Source: Dehalococcoidia bacterium (lineage in GTDB: Bacteria > Chloroflexota > Dehalococcoidia > GIF9 > UBA5629). Taken from it: DNA of 64,000 nt. The notes beneath the pieces were generated by a model. It saw only the letters and a list, made by a program, of their open reading frames with translations, had not been told where the DNA came from and did not search any database. How positions within the stretch are numbered: position 1 is the stretch's first letter; each line of letters begins with the position of its first letter. The position numbers and the translations under genes were made by a program. Of the stretch, positions 28,161 to 38,904 are shown piece after piece. The stretch spans positions 384,001 through 448,000 of the forward strand of contig JBEKIW010000001.1 in NCBI GenBank assembly GCA_050011565.1, read 5' to 3'.

Positions 28161-29675
28161 ATGAGAGTACTTCTCGTCTATCCGCAGTATCCGGATACTT
28201 TCTGGAGTTTCAAGCACGCATTGAAGTTCGTTTCCAAAAAGGCAGCCTTTCCACCGTTGGGCCTGCTAACCATAGCGGCAATGCTGCCCTGGGAATGGGA
28301 TAAGAAGGTTATAGACCTGAACGTAACAAATCTAAGCGATAAAGATATTGAGTGGGCGGATTATGTCTTTATCAGTGCTATGGCGGTGCAAAAAGATTCG
28401 GTCAAGAATGTTATTAAAAGATGCCAGAAATTGGGGACTAAGATTGTCGCCGGCGGCCCTCTTTTTACTACCGGATACGAAGAGTTTGGCGAGGTGGACC
28501 ATTTTGTGCTTAATGAGGCCGAGATTACATTGCCGCTATTTCTGGAAGATTTACAAAATGGACAGGCAAAGCATATCTATACCTCTGACGAATGGGCCGA
28601 TGTAAAAGAAACCCCCATCCCGTCTTGGGAGCTTATCGATGTTAAAAAGTATTCGTCAATGAGCCTGCAGTATTCCAGGGGTTGTCCTTTCGATTGTGAA
28701 TTCTGCGATATCGTAGTCTTAAACGGCCATACGCCGCGTACCAAAGGCGCAGACCAGCTACTGAAAGAGCTGGACGAATTCTACAATCGGGGATGGCGAA
28801 GCAGCGTCTTCATCGTGGATGATAACTTTATCGGTAACAAAAGGAAGTTGAAGGCGGAAATTCTGCCGGCCATTATTGAATGGATGAAAAAGAGGAAAAA
28901 ACCGTTCTCGCTTTTTACCGAAGCGTCTATCAATCTGGCCGATGATGAAGAACTTGTGCAATTAATGGTCAAGGCGAACTTTAATATGGTATTTATCGGC
29001 ATTGAAACTACTAATGAAGAGAGCCTGGCCGAGTGCAGCAAGCTGCAGAATAGGAACCGTGATTTGGTAGCTGCTGTTAAAAAACTTCAGAACCACGGAT
29101 TACAGGTGCAGGGAGGATTTATATTAGGCTTCGACAATGACCCGGCCTCTATTTTTGAAAATATGATCAGTTTTATTCAAAAAAGCGGAATTGTCACAGC
29201 CATGGTCGGCTTGCTGAACGCTCCTCGCGGCACGAAGTTGTATCGACGCCTGAACAAAGAAAAACGTTTGTTGTCAGACTTTACCGGTGACAACACCGAT
29301 TGCACCATGAATTTTATTCCCAAAATGGAATATAAAAATCTTATCAACGGCTATAAGAAAGTCATCGATACCATCTATTCACCCAAACAATATTATGAGC
29401 GTGTAAAAACATTCCTGAAAGAATACAGACCTATAGGGGACAAAGTGGTCAGCCCTCAGTTCGAACATGTGAAGGCATTCGTTAAGTCCGTGTGGTTTTT
29501 GGGCATAATAGGAAAAGGGCGACAGTATTATTGGAGGCTTCTCGCCTGGACATTAGCCAGACGCCCGAGGTCCTTTTCCATGTCGGTAATTCTGGCTATT
29601 TACGGGTTCCACTTCCGTAAGGTTGTTGACAAATACATTATGACCCTAGCGAGAGATAATGGCTCAACGGCATAG
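28161..29675 (+). CDS. B12-binding radical SAM protein (DUF4070-type C-terminus)
   Basis: PPLGLLT, SRGCPFDCEFC, VDDNF, GFILGFDND. Confidence 0.88.
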   Translation: MRVLLVYPQYPDTFWSFKHALKFVSKKAAFPPLGLLTIAAMLPWEWDKKVIDLNVTNLSDKDIEWADYVFISAMAVQKDSVKNVIKRCQKLGTKIVAGGPLFTTGYEEFGEVDHFVLNEAEITLPLFLEDLQNGQAKHIYTSDEWADVKETPIPSWELIDVKKYSSMSLQYSRGCPFDCEFCDIVVLNGHTPRTKGADQLLKELDEFYNRGWRSSVFIVDDNFIGNKRKLKAEILPAIIEWMKKRKKPFSLFTEASINLADDEELVQLMVKANFNMVFIGIETTNEESLAECSKLQNRNRDLVAAVKKLQNHGLQVQGGFILGFDNDPASIFENMISFIQKSGIVTAMVGLLNAPRGTKLYRRLNKEKRLLSDFTGDNTDCTMNFIPKMEYKNLINGYKKVIDTIYSPKQYYERVKTFLKEYRPIGDKVVSPQFEHVKAFVKSVWFLGIIGKGRQYYWRLLAWTLARRPRSFSMSVILAIYGFHFRKVVDKYIMTLARDNGSTA

Positions 29676-29693
29676 ACCTGAATGTAACCACTA

Positions 29694-30473
29694 CTAGTCC
29701 GCTTTATCCAGGGCACGCCTTAATTTACTTACGAAATTGCCTACCGCTGCCAGGCCGTCGGTCTCCATGAGCTGAATTATCCTGCTGCCCACAATGACCC
29801 CATCGGCTATCTCGGCTACCTGCCTCGCTTGCTCGGGAGTCGATATACCGAATCCAACACACAGCGGCTGTTTGGCTGCTTTCCTGACCCGGCCTACAAA
29901 AGAATTCAGTTCTGAGGGAAGACTAGCCCGGGCGCCGGTAACGCCGGTCACCGAGACCAGGTATATAAATCCACGGGCTCTCTCTGCCACCAGCCTGATA
30001 CGCTCATCGGAACTGGTTGGAGCCAGTAAATAAATCAGGTCCAGGTTGTGTCTCCGGGTGACGTCTTCCAGTTCTGAGCCTTCGTCCGGAGGTAAGTCAG
30101 GGATAATTAGTCCATCGACGCCGGACCTGGCACAGGCGGCACAGAACTCTTCCAGGCCATAGCTAAGCACCGGATTGAAATAGGTCATAAACACCAGCGG
30201 TATATCAACTTTCCGGCTTAGTTTTTCTGCCACCTCGAGACACAGCTTCGGCGTAACGCCATTCTTCAAGGCGCAGAAGCTCGCCTTTTGTATGGTAGCG
30301 CCGTCAGCCAGCGGGTCGGAGAAGGGTATGCCCAGCTCCGCTATGTCGCAGCCGCTGCCAGCCAGAAGGGGGACCACCTTCAATGTATCTTCAACACTGG
30401 GGTAACCTACAGTAACGTAGGGTATCAGGGCTTTGTGACCTGTTCGGCTAAATACGGAAGCGATACGACTCAT
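29694..30473 (-). CDS. trpA: Tryptophan synthase alpha
   Basis: [25 protein letters not shown]. Confidence 0.97.
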   Translation of the reverse strand: MSRIASVFSRTGHKALIPYVTVGYPSVEDTLKVVPLLAGSGCDIAELGIPFSDPLADGATIQKASFCALKNGVTPKLCLEVAEKLSRKVDIPLVFMTYFNPVLSYGLEEFCAACARSGVDGLIIPDLPPDEGSELEDVTRRHNLDLIYLLAPTSSDERIRLVAERARGFIYLVSVTGVTGARASLPSELNSFVGRVRKAAKQPLCVGFGISTPEQARQVAEIADGVIVGSRIIQLMETDGLAAVGNFVSKLRRALDKAD

Positions 30474-31657
30474 GGCTTCAACCCCAGCGCTTCGACTACG
30501 ATATCCATGTCTTTATCACCGCGACCGGACAGATTGACCACGATAATTTGCTCCTTACTTAACGAACCTGCCAGTTTAGTGGCATAGAATATGGCGTGAG
30601 CCGGTTCCAGGGCCGGCGGAATGCCTTCGGTACGGCACAGAAGCTGAAAGGCATCGAGTGCTTCCTTATCGCTAACTGCCACGTAGCTGGCGCGCCCGCT
30701 GTCCTTGAGGTAGCTGTGCTCGGGGCCGACGCCGGGGTAGTCCAGCCCGGCGGAGATGCTGTGCGTTTCCATAATCTGCCCGTTGCCGTCTTGAAGTACG
30801 TATGACCTGGCTCCGTGTAAAACGCCTATACTTCCCGCTGCCAGTGAAGCGGCATGCTCACCGGTCTTTAGTCCCTTCCCGGCTGCCTCCACTCCTATAA
30901 GTTTGACTTCCTTATCATTCAAAAAAGGATGGAAGATGCCGATGGCATTGCTGCCGCCGCCGACGCAGGCAACTATATAGTCGGGCAGGCGATTACATCT
31001 CGCCAGCATCTGTTCCCTGGTTTCCTTGCCGATTACCAACTGAAAATCACGGACCATTGAAGGATAGGGATGAGGGCCGACTGCCGAGCCCAGAAGGTAA
31101 TAGCTGTTTCTGACGTTAGTTACCCAGTCTCGCATCGCCTCGTTGATGGCGTCTTTCAGAGTGCGACTGCCGGCGGAAACGGACCTCACTTCAGCGCCCA
31201 TTAATTTCATGCGGAAGACATTGAGTGACTGACGGCGCACATCTTCCTCGCCCATGTAGACAATACATTCCAAACCGAGCAGTGCGCAGACAGCAGCGGC
31301 AGCTACACCATGCTGCCCGGCACCGGTCTCGGCGATGATTCTATGTTTACCCATCCTCCGGGCAAGTAAACCCTGTCCCAGTGCATTGTTGATTTTGTGG
31401 GCGCCGGTATGAGCCAGGTCCTCCCTTTTTAGAAAAATCCGGGCGCCGCCGCAGTGACTGCTTAACCTCTCAGCCAGATAGAGTGGTGTCGGTCTCCCCG
31501 AATAATCACGAGACAGTGAGTCAAACTCGGCCCAGAAGGAAGCGTCGGCTTTGGCTTCCTCATAGGCCGCCGTCAGCTCATTCAGCGCCGGCACCAGTGT
31601 CTCCGGGACAAAGCGTCCACCATAATTTCCGAAGTATCCTCTGTTATCGGGTAACAC
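30470..31657 (-). CDS. trpB: Tryptophan synthase beta (TrpB1)
   Basis: [38 protein letters not shown]. Confidence 0.97.
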   Translation of the reverse strand: MLPDNRGYFGNYGGRFVPETLVPALNELTAAYEEAKADASFWAEFDSLSRDYSGRPTPLYLAERLSSHCGGARIFLKREDLAHTGAHKINNALGQGLLARRMGKHRIIAETGAGQHGVAAAAVCALLGLECIVYMGEEDVRRQSLNVFRMKLMGAEVRSVSAGSRTLKDAINEAMRDWVTNVRNSYYLLGSAVGPHPYPSMVRDFQLVIGKETREQMLARCNRLPDYIVACVGGGSNAIGIFHPFLNDKEVKLIGVEAAGKGLKTGEHAASLAAGSIGVLHGARSYVLQDGNGQIMETHSISAGLDYPGVGPEHSYLKDSGRASYVAVSDKEALDAFQLLCRTEGIPPALEPAHAIFYATKLAGSLSKEQIIVVNLSGRGDKDMDIVVEALGLKP

Positions 31658-31798
31658 CTCAATCTCCTTTTTCTATGGTCATTATTCCTGTATCTTGGAT
31701 TAATTCCTCGACACTCATTCCCGGCTTGTCGGGTTTTGCGTACATGATAACTACATATCGTTTACTATTTGGTTACTCTTCTATTGTTCTCGCTCGTC

Positions 31799-32794
31799 TT
31801 ACTTGACCAAAGCCTTTATCTCTTTCACCAGTGCTGCAAATTGTTCTGGATAAAGCGATTGCATGCCATCAGATAAGGCATGCAAGGGGTCATTGTGTAC
31901 TTCAACCAGGATGCCATCGGCGCCTATTGCTATGGCTCCTTTTGACAGAGGAATAACATATTCTCTTCGGCCGGCAGCATGGCTGGGGTCAACCACAACT
32001 GGCAAGTGACTAACCTCTTTAATTGAAAGTATAGCGCTTAAATCCAGTGTGTTCCTGGTATTATCGGAGAAAGTCCTGATTCCACGTTCGCAGAGAATAA
32101 TCTGGGCATTCCCCTCAGCCATGATGTATTCGGCCGACATTAGTAATTCTTCAATCGTAGCCGCGAAACCTCGCTTCAGCAGGATTGGCTTGGTGGTGTG
32201 TCCAGCTTGGCGGAGCAAAGAATAATTTTGCATGTTCCTGGCTCCGATTTGAATAATGTCGGCGTATTGTTCAATGAGTTCGATGTTGGTGTGGTCAATA
32301 GCCTCGGTTATAATAAGTAAACCTGTTTCTTCACGCACTTTATTGAGTATTTTTAATCCTTCTTCTCCCAGCCCTTGAAAGCTGTAGGGTGAGGTCCTGG
32401 GTTTAAAGGCGCCACCACGAAAGACTTGAGCCCCATATTGTTTCACAAGATTAGCGATAGTAAGTGCCTGCTTCTCACTTTCTATGGCGCAGGGCCCGGC
32501 CATAATTACTGGTTTCTCCCCACCGATCATAACGTTACCAATGGTTATTACTGTAGGCTGTGGATGCGTTTCTCTGCTTACAAGCTTATAAGGTTTCGTT
32601 ACACGGATAGTTTCTTTCACGCCATCCAGAGCAAGTAGGCACGAGTCTTCAACCAGCCCTTGGTTTCCTACTATACAGACAGCGGTGCGCTGGGCGCCCG
32701 GTATAGAAATACCACGGTAGCCCAAGGTTTCAATTTCACGTATAACCGCTTTCACTTGCTCTTCTGTTGCATCGTTTTTCATGATAACAAGCAT
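31799..32794 (-). CDS. aroF: DAHP synthase type I-beta with N-terminal regulatory domain
   Basis: AGPCAIE, KPRTSPYSFQG, IGARNMQN, DPSH. Confidence 0.93.
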   Translation of the reverse strand: MLVIMKNDATEEQVKAVIREIETLGYRGISIPGAQRTAVCIVGNQGLVEDSCLLALDGVKETIRVTKPYKLVSRETHPQPTVITIGNVMIGGEKPVIMAGPCAIESEKQALTIANLVKQYGAQVFRGGAFKPRTSPYSFQGLGEEGLKILNKVREETGLLIITEAIDHTNIELIEQYADIIQIGARNMQNYSLLRQAGHTTKPILLKRGFAATIEELLMSAEYIMAEGNAQIILCERGIRTFSDNTRNTLDLSAILSIKEVSHLPVVVDPSHAAGRREYVIPLSKGAIAIGADGILVEVHNDPLHALSDGMQSLYPEQFAALVKEIKALVK

Positions 32795-32828
32795 AGGATT
32801 ATCTCCCCCTGTATGTAATCTCTACCAT

Positions 32829-33479
32829 TCATTTTGATGCTGTCCTCACTGCCTTAATGAATGCCTCGATTTTGGCTGTGTCTTTTTGGCCGCCGGTCTC
32901 CACGCCGCTGGAGACGTCAACCCCCCAGGGCTGAGTTTTCTTGACCAGTCGACCGACATTCGTTGCGGTCAGTCCTCCGGCGATAAGTAAGGGAAACCTG
33001 GCGGATATTTTCCTGGCTAATTTCCAGTCGAAAGCCTGACCAGTCCCGCCGTAAGTGTCTCCCACCTTTGAATCAAGAAGGCAGATAAGATTCTTTTGGG
33101 GCAACAGCCGATAACCGATAGCTATTTCAGAGATGATTTCATCCGCAGTACTGGTATTTGAAACATGGACAGCTTTGATAATCGGTCGCTCAATCTTTTG
33201 GCAGTAATCCCAATTTTCGTCGCCGCTGAGCTGTACCCGGTCCAGACGGCAATAGTCGGCGATGCGGTTTATTTCATCGGCTGTTGAATTGACGAAGATG
33301 CCAACCATGGCTGGACGGGTCTTTACATGGCAAACTGCTTCAACTAGTTGCAGTGCCTTTTTAATAGAGACCTGCCGCCGGCTGGGAGCAAAGACCAGCC
33401 CCAGGAAGTCAGCGCCGGCTTCGGCTGCTGCTAAAACATGCTGTATCTCGGACAGACCGCAAATCTTAATCCTGGTCAC
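32829..33479 (-). CDS. trpF: Phosphoribosylanthranilate isomerase
   Basis: IKICGL, GGTGQAFDW, AGGL, VDVSSGVE. Confidence 0.95.
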   Translation of the reverse strand: MTRIKICGLSEIQHVLAAAEAGADFLGLVFAPSRRQVSIKKALQLVEAVCHVKTRPAMVGIFVNSTADEINRIADYCRLDRVQLSGDENWDYCQKIERPIIKAVHVSNTSTADEIISEIAIGYRLLPQKNLICLLDSKVGDTYGGTGQAFDWKLARKISARFPLLIAGGLTATNVGRLVKKTQPWGVDVSSGVETGGQKDTAKIEAFIKAVRTASK

Positions 33480-34249
33480 AATAGCTCTCTCATCCTGGCG
33501 GCTATATCAGGTGCCGACATTAGAGATTCACCGATAAGAACCGCATCGATGCCTAACCGGCTCAACTTCTCTATATCGGTTCGCTCTTTTATGCCGCTTT
33601 CGCTGACCACTATCCGCTCCGGTGGAATAAGTGGCCGTAACCTCTCGGTGGTGGCCATATCCACGCTAAAGGTGTTCAAATCACGGTTATTGATGCCGAT
33701 AATCTTCGCCCCGCTGTTCAGTGCAATTTCGACCTCGGCTTTATTATGCACCTCTACCAGGCAGCTCATATTCAATTGATGGCTTATCCGGAGCAACTCC
33801 TGTAATTTCTCCGGCTCTAGTATAGCCACGATGAGAAGCAGGCTGTCGGCGCCATAAGCCCGCGACTCGTAAATCTGGTATGGGTCGAAGATGAAGTCCT
33901 TTCTCAGCAGAGGCAGCTTGTCGGGCAGTGCCTTCCTGATATTTTTAAGGTGGTCAAGGCTGCCTTGGAAGTGTTTAGCCTCGGTTAGTACCGATATCGC
34001 CGCGGCACCGTTGCCGGCATATATTTTAGCTATCTCTACCGGGTCGAAGTCTTGTCGAATAACGCCCCGGGATGGAGACGCTTTCTTGACCTCGGCAATA
34101 AGCCGAATACTATCGCCTCGTAAGGCCGAAGCCAAGTCTTGCGCTGGAGATTGCTCCGACGTCAGTCTCTGCAGCGCGGCCATAGGTAGTCGGCGCTTTT
34201 TGTCTTCCAGCCCTAGTAGATTGTGCGACACTATCCGGTCTAAAATCAT
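33476..34249 (-). CDS. trpC: Indole-3-glycerol phosphate synthase
   Basis: IAEVKKASPS, LRKDF, GINNRDL, SESGI. Confidence 0.97.
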   Translation of the reverse strand: MILDRIVSHNLLGLEDKKRRLPMAALQRLTSEQSPAQDLASALRGDSIRLIAEVKKASPSRGVIRQDFDPVEIAKIYAGNGAAAISVLTEAKHFQGSLDHLKNIRKALPDKLPLLRKDFIFDPYQIYESRAYGADSLLLIVAILEPEKLQELLRISHQLNMSCLVEVHNKAEVEIALNSGAKIIGINNRDLNTFSVDMATTERLRPLIPPERIVVSESGIKERTDIEKLSRLGIDAVLIGESLMSAPDIAARMRELL

Positions 34250-34254
34250 TATCC

Positions 34255-35268
34255 TTAACTCAAATTCTGGCTGAGCTCGATTAGCTGTTCTAATTTGTTC
34301 AAGGCATAGCCGCTGTCTATTGTCTTCTGTGCCAGTTCTACCCCTCGTCGAAGCGTTTCCACTTTATCCCCGGCTAAAAGAACTGCTGCTGTGTTCATCA
34401 GCACTGCGTCCATTTGCGGGCCTGTGACACCAGCCAGTATATTGCGGAGCATCTCGGCGTTCTCTTTAGCATTGCCGCCCTTCAAGCTATCTGAACCGGC
34501 ACAGGTCAAACCAATGTCCTCGGGAATGATAGTATAGTTTACGATATGACCGCCTTTTAGTTCGCAGACGTGAGTTTTCCCTGAGACGGTAATTTCATCT
34601 AAGCCATCCTCACCGTGTACTACCAGAGCATGATGACAGCCAAGGCGTTGAAGTGCCAGCGCCATTTTCTCTACCAGAGACTCATCGGCTACGCCCAGCA
34701 CCTGAACTTTGGCTCCAGCCGGGTTGGTAAGCGGCCCGAGTATATTAAAGACGGTGCGAATTCCGATTTCGCGCCGTGGAACCGCCGCGTATTTCATAGC
34801 CGGATGGAATGCCGGGGCGAACATGAAACCGATGCCTATTTCCTGCAGACATCTCTGCACTTGTTCAGCGTTGAGGTCAATCTTAACACCTAGAGTCTCC
34901 AGTACATCGGCACTGCCGCACTGGCTGCTCATGGCGCGATTGCCGTGTTTGGCCACCTTAAGCCCGGCTCCGGCAGCCACAAAGGCGGCGGTCGTGGAGA
35001 TATTGAAAGTATGCGAGCCGTCACCGCCGGTTCCGCAGGTATCCACAACCGGCTCGTCTATAATCACCGCAATCGCCCTGGCTCGCATCGTCCTGGCTAA
35101 GCCTACGATTTCGTCCACCGTTTCCCCTTTAAGTCTAAGCGCCGTGACAAAGGCGCCGAACTGGGCTGGCGTAGCCTCGCCCTGCATTATCTCCTCCATG
35201 ACCTTTGCTGCGTCATCCGCAGCCAGCGAGCGTCCGGACACTAAAGCTGCAATAGCTTCCTTAATCAT
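34255..35268 (-). CDS. trpD: Anthranilate phosphoribosyltransferase
   Basis: DTCGTGGDG, KHGNR, LGPLTNP, GLDE. Confidence 0.97.
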   Translation of the reverse strand: MIKEAIAALVSGRSLAADDAAKVMEEIMQGEATPAQFGAFVTALRLKGETVDEIVGLARTMRARAIAVIIDEPVVDTCGTGGDGSHTFNISTTAAFVAAGAGLKVAKHGNRAMSSQCGSADVLETLGVKIDLNAEQVQRCLQEIGIGFMFAPAFHPAMKYAAVPRREIGIRTVFNILGPLTNPAGAKVQVLGVADESLVEKMALALQRLGCHHALVVHGEDGLDEITVSGKTHVCELKGGHIVNYTIIPEDIGLTCAGSDSLKGGNAKENAEMLRNILAGVTGPQMDAVLMNTAAVLLAGDKVETLRRGVELAQKTIDSGYALNKLEQLIELSQNLS

Positions 35269-35275
35269 GTTATGC

Positions 35276-35842
35276 TCATCCTCCCTTTAAAAAATTCCTC
35301 AGTATATCCTTTCCACCCTGAGTCATAAATGATTCAGGGTGAAACTGGACTCCTTCTACCGGGTATTGACGGTGTCTAAGGCCCATTATGGTGCCGTCAT
35401 CTGTCCAGGCGGTTATTTCCAGACAATCGGGTAGTCCCTCACGATAGACCACCAGTGAGTGATAGCGAATGGCAGAGAATGGATTAGGTAAATCAGCCAG
35501 AACCCCCTGGCTGCTGTGGTGTATGAGCGAAGACTTACCGTGCATTATCTGGCTGGCTTGCCCCACGAAGGCGCCGTAGCTGTAGCCGATGCACTGGTGT
35601 CCCAGACAGACGCCGAGCACGGGTAACCTGGAACCGAAATGACGGATAACCTCGTTGGAGATTCCGGCCTGCAGCGGTGTAGACGGGCCGGGGGAGATAA
35701 CTATATAGCTGGGTTTCATGCTCTCAATCTCATCGAGAGTCGTCTTGTCGTTGCGTACCACTACCACAGTCTCACCCAGTTCACTCAGGTACTGAAAAAG
35801 GTTGTAAGTGAAGCTGTCGTAGTTATCAATCAACAACAGCAT
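35276..35842 (-). CDS. trpG: Anthranilate synthase glutamine amidotransferase subunit
   Basis: IDNYDSFT, SPGP, GVCLGHQ, QFHPES. Confidence 0.95.
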   Translation of the reverse strand: MLLLIDNYDSFTYNLFQYLSELGETVVVVRNDKTTLDEIESMKPSYIVISPGPSTPLQAGISNEVIRHFGSRLPVLGVCLGHQCIGYSYGAFVGQASQIMHGKSSLIHHSSQGVLADLPNPFSAIRYHSLVVYREGLPDCLEITAWTDDGTIMGLRHRQYPVEGVQFHPESFMTQGGKDILRNFLKGG

Positions 35843-37295
35843 GGTTCCCCCTGTTTGTCCCAGCCGTACTCTCCGCCTGGTCGATAGCTTTGAGCAGTGC
35901 CTGAGCCTTGTTCATAGTCTCCTGGTACTCATGTTCCGGTATGCTGTCGTAAACAACTCCACATCCTGCCTGGACATAGGCAACACCCTGGCTCACTATC
36001 ATAGTTCTGATGGCTATAGCCATATCCATGTTGCCCGAGAATGAGAAATAACCGGCAGCCCCGGCGTAAGGTCCTCTTTTTTCAGGTTCGAGCTCGGCGA
36101 TTATTTCCATGGCCCGGATTTTCGGAGCCCCGGAGACAGTACCTGCAGGGAAGCAAGCCTGCAGAGCATCGAAGATATTCAGGTCGTGCCTCAGTTTGCC
36201 CTGCACGTGCGTGACCAGGTGCATCACGTGGGAGTATCGTTCCACATCCATCAGGTCGCTGACCTCGACCGTGCCCGGCTCACTGACGCGGCCGATATCG
36301 TTGCGCCCCAGGTCGACCAGCATGATGTGCTCGGCACGCTCCTTTTCATCGCTGCGGAGTTCCTGCTCCAAAACAGTATCTTCAGCAAGGTCTTTCCCTC
36401 TCCGCCTGGTGCCGGCTAGAGGACGGGTCATCACCATGCCGTCCTCTACTCTCACCAGAATCTCAGGGGAGGCCCCGATAATGTGAAAGTCGTTGAAATC
36501 CAGGAAGAACATATATGGCGAAGGGTTCAGAGAGCGTAGCGCCCTGTAAATCTCGAATGGAGCAGCGTCTACAGGCTGTGCCAGGCGCTGGGATAGCACT
36601 ACTTGAATGGCTTCGCCGGCGGTGATATATCGCTTTATTTTCTCCACGCCGGCTTCAAATTCCCCTTTGGAAAAGTTTGAAGAAAGAGTGTTGTTTCCGT
36701 GAGGAGCAGGTGGCTTTACATAATGTCTTGGCTTAAGTGGCTGGCTTAGTCTGTCTGCCAGGTTCTCAATTCTGTCTACTGCCTTTTGGTATTCCTCCTC
36801 TATGTCTCCATCGAGATGGACGTGGCTCAGGACCTTAATCTTATGGGTAACGTGGTCAAAGACAAGCATGGTATCCACGAACATAAACAGCGCTTCCGGC
36901 AATCCCAGTGGGTCAGTGGCAGGGGAAGGCAACTCCTCGAACCGGCTGGCCACCTCATAGCCAAGATAGCCCACGGCGCCGCCGCAAAATCTGGGGAGGT
37001 CGGTAACCGGCACCATTTTGTATTTCTTTAGCTCTTCAGCGATAAGCGGCAGGGGATTGGTTTTATCCTCAGCTTTGGTAGCCAGCACTCGGTACGGCTC
37101 GGTACCTATGAAGCTATAGCGAGCCAGCCGCTCACCGCCTTCGACGCTTTCCAGCAGGAAAGAATAACCGCCGCGACTAATCTTCAGGAATGCGGAGACA
37201 GGCGTTTCCAGGTCGGCCACGATTTCACGGTAAACCGGTATTAACGTGCCTTCGCCCTGGCGCTTTTTAACTTCTTCCAACGTAGGATAATACAT
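35826..37295 (-). CDS. trpE: Anthranilate synthase component I
   Basis: LLESV, NPSPYM, AEHIMLVDLGRND, GTVSGAPK. Confidence 0.96.
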   Translation of the reverse strand: MYYPTLEEVKKRQGEGTLIPVYREIVADLETPVSAFLKISRGGYSFLLESVEGGERLARYSFIGTEPYRVLATKAEDKTNPLPLIAEELKKYKMVPVTDLPRFCGGAVGYLGYEVASRFEELPSPATDPLGLPEALFMFVDTMLVFDHVTHKIKVLSHVHLDGDIEEEYQKAVDRIENLADRLSQPLKPRHYVKPPAPHGNNTLSSNFSKGEFEAGVEKIKRYITAGEAIQVVLSQRLAQPVDAAPFEIYRALRSLNPSPYMFFLDFNDFHIIGASPEILVRVEDGMVMTRPLAGTRRRGKDLAEDTVLEQELRSDEKERAEHIMLVDLGRNDIGRVSEPGTVEVSDLMDVERYSHVMHLVTHVQGKLRHDLNIFDALQACFPAGTVSGAPKIRAMEIIAELEPEKRGPYAGAAGYFSFSGNMDMAIAIRTMIVSQGVAYVQAGCGVVYDSIPEHEYQETMNKAQALLKAIDQAESTAGTNRGNHAVVD

Positions 37296-37320
37296 ATTAG
37301 CCTCCGGGTATTCCCGAAAT

Positions 37321-37605
37321 AAAAAAACCTCTCGCCATAGGGGCGAGAGGTTTTGCTTCGCGGTACCACCCTAATTGATTGCCGTTACTTTGAGGCAATC
37401 ATCTCATTCAGGTACGGCTTCAATATTTTTGAAACGATACCCTGGGCTCTGATAACGGTGCCCGTTCCGTCAACGCCTACTCGGGCAAGTCCCTTTCGGT
37501 TCGCGGCTCCCGAGTCCATTCAGTCTCTGCGCTAGCACCGGCTCACACCTTACCCGGCTCTCTGAGCCCCGCTGGAGACCTACTAGTCTCGCTCTCAGCC
37601 TTTAC
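37321..37605 (-). promoter_or_regulatory. T-box riboswitch, Trp specifier, upstream of trpE
   Basis: AGGGTGGTACCGCG (37359-37372); GAA-TGG specifier (37516-37518); terminator AACCTCTCGCC/GGCGAGAGGTT+T-run. Confidence 0.94.
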
Positions 37606-37623
37606 AGTATTCAGTTATTTTCT

Positions 37624-37652
37624 AATATAACAGCCTGCCTTTTCTTTGTCAA
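37624..37652 (-). promoter_or_regulatory. sigma70-type promoter of trp operon
   Basis: TTGACA-17 nt-TATATT. Confidence 0.7.
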
Positions 37653-37724
37653 GCTGCAAAGCTTAATTGGGCCTGCTGTTAACAAAAGGCGAATAATGCT
37701 GCTTACCCGGACTGCCACTTTTAC

Positions 37725-37868
37725 TTAACGAAGAGCCAAAAGAGCCAAAATACCGATCACAATTAGGTAAATACCAACGATCCACGGCAACAAGCTGGGT
37801 ATAAAGATGATCAAGATACCTGCTATTATGGATAGTATCCCCATTACCAAACCACTTACTTTAGGCAT
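37725..37868 (-). CDS. 47-aa membrane protein, DUF3096-like (not in ORF track)
   Basis: GGAGGAG RBS; MPKVSGLVMGILSIIAGILIIFIPSLLPWIVGIYLIVIGILALLALR. Confidence 0.75.
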   Translation of the reverse strand: MPKVSGLVMGILSIIAGILIIFIPSLLPWIVGIYLIVIGILALLALR

Positions 37869-38039
37869 GATAAAACTCCTCCTTTCAAATAGATTAGACA
37901 TATGTTAAATGGCTAAGAATGTAATAGTCATATAATTCAGTAAAAAGATATTAAAAAGTTATGACAATTTTGGATTGTTTCTAACCGTGATTGAGGATAC
38001 TATTGAAGACTTGGTGGACAGGGGTTTTCTTGAAAATAT

Positions 38040-38756
38040 TCAGGGCTGGGATTTTTTTAAAATATAGCCCATTTTAGTGACGGTAAGAATGATTTGGGGA
38101 TCATCGGGTTTCTCTTCGATTTTACGTCTCAGACGGCTAATCCATGTCCTGAGGAATTGAACGTCATCACGATATTCAGTCCCCCAGACGCGGACTAAAA
38201 GCTCCTCATAGGTCAGGAGATGGTCGGCATTTAATGCTAATTCGCTGAGCAAGAGCCATTCGATCCGAGTTAAGTATATTATGTTGCCTCTAACCATTAC
38301 CTTATGTGCCTTGAAATCGATGGTTATATCGCCCAAAGAAAGCTCATCTGGAATTTTAGGTTCGTTGGGTCTAAACCTACGCATCACTGCTTCAATTCTG
38401 GATACCAGTTCATCAGGACTAAAAGGCTTTGGTATATAGTCATCGGCCCCCATATCAAGCCCTGTTATTTTGTCACGTTCATTTCCCTTGGCGCTGAGAA
38501 ATATGACAGGTACCATTGAAAAACCACGTATCTCTTTAAGTACATCAAGCCCATTCATTCCAGGCATGAGTATGTCAAGCAAGATCAGGTCGGGATGGCT
38601 GGCATGAAACTGCTCTAAAGCCTCGAGGCCGTTGCTCGCAGTTACCACTTCATATCCCTGTGCTCTCAGGTTTGACTTGAGAAATTTTAAAATCCGTATC
38701 TCGTCGTCAACCACCAGTAATCGGCACTTTTTCAAAATCTGTTTTCGACTGACCAT
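38040..38756 (-). CDS. OmpR/KdpE-family response regulator
   Basis: LVVDDE, LDILMP, GADDYIPKPF, winged-helix ISRLRRKIE. Confidence 0.92.
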   Translation of the reverse strand: MVSRKQILKKCRLLVVDDEIRILKFLKSNLRAQGYEVVTASNGLEALEQFHASHPDLILLDILMPGMNGLDVLKEIRGFSMVPVIFLSAKGNERDKITGLDMGADDYIPKPFSPDELVSRIEAVMRRFRPNEPKIPDELSLGDITIDFKAHKVMVRGNIIYLTRIEWLLLSELALNADHLLTYEELLVRVWGTEYRDDVQFLRTWISRLRRKIEEKPDDPQIILTVTKMGYILKKSQP

Positions 38757-38904
38757 CGTACCTGCTATAATAATATTCAGATTGAACAAATGTCAAGATA
38801 CGTGCTGTTGACAAATATTGAGCTATATCATATAAATTAGTTATGCGCGGAAATGTCAGGCAGGTTCGAGCCATCACAACTGGCATTATGGTGGGAGTCA
38901 TGAT

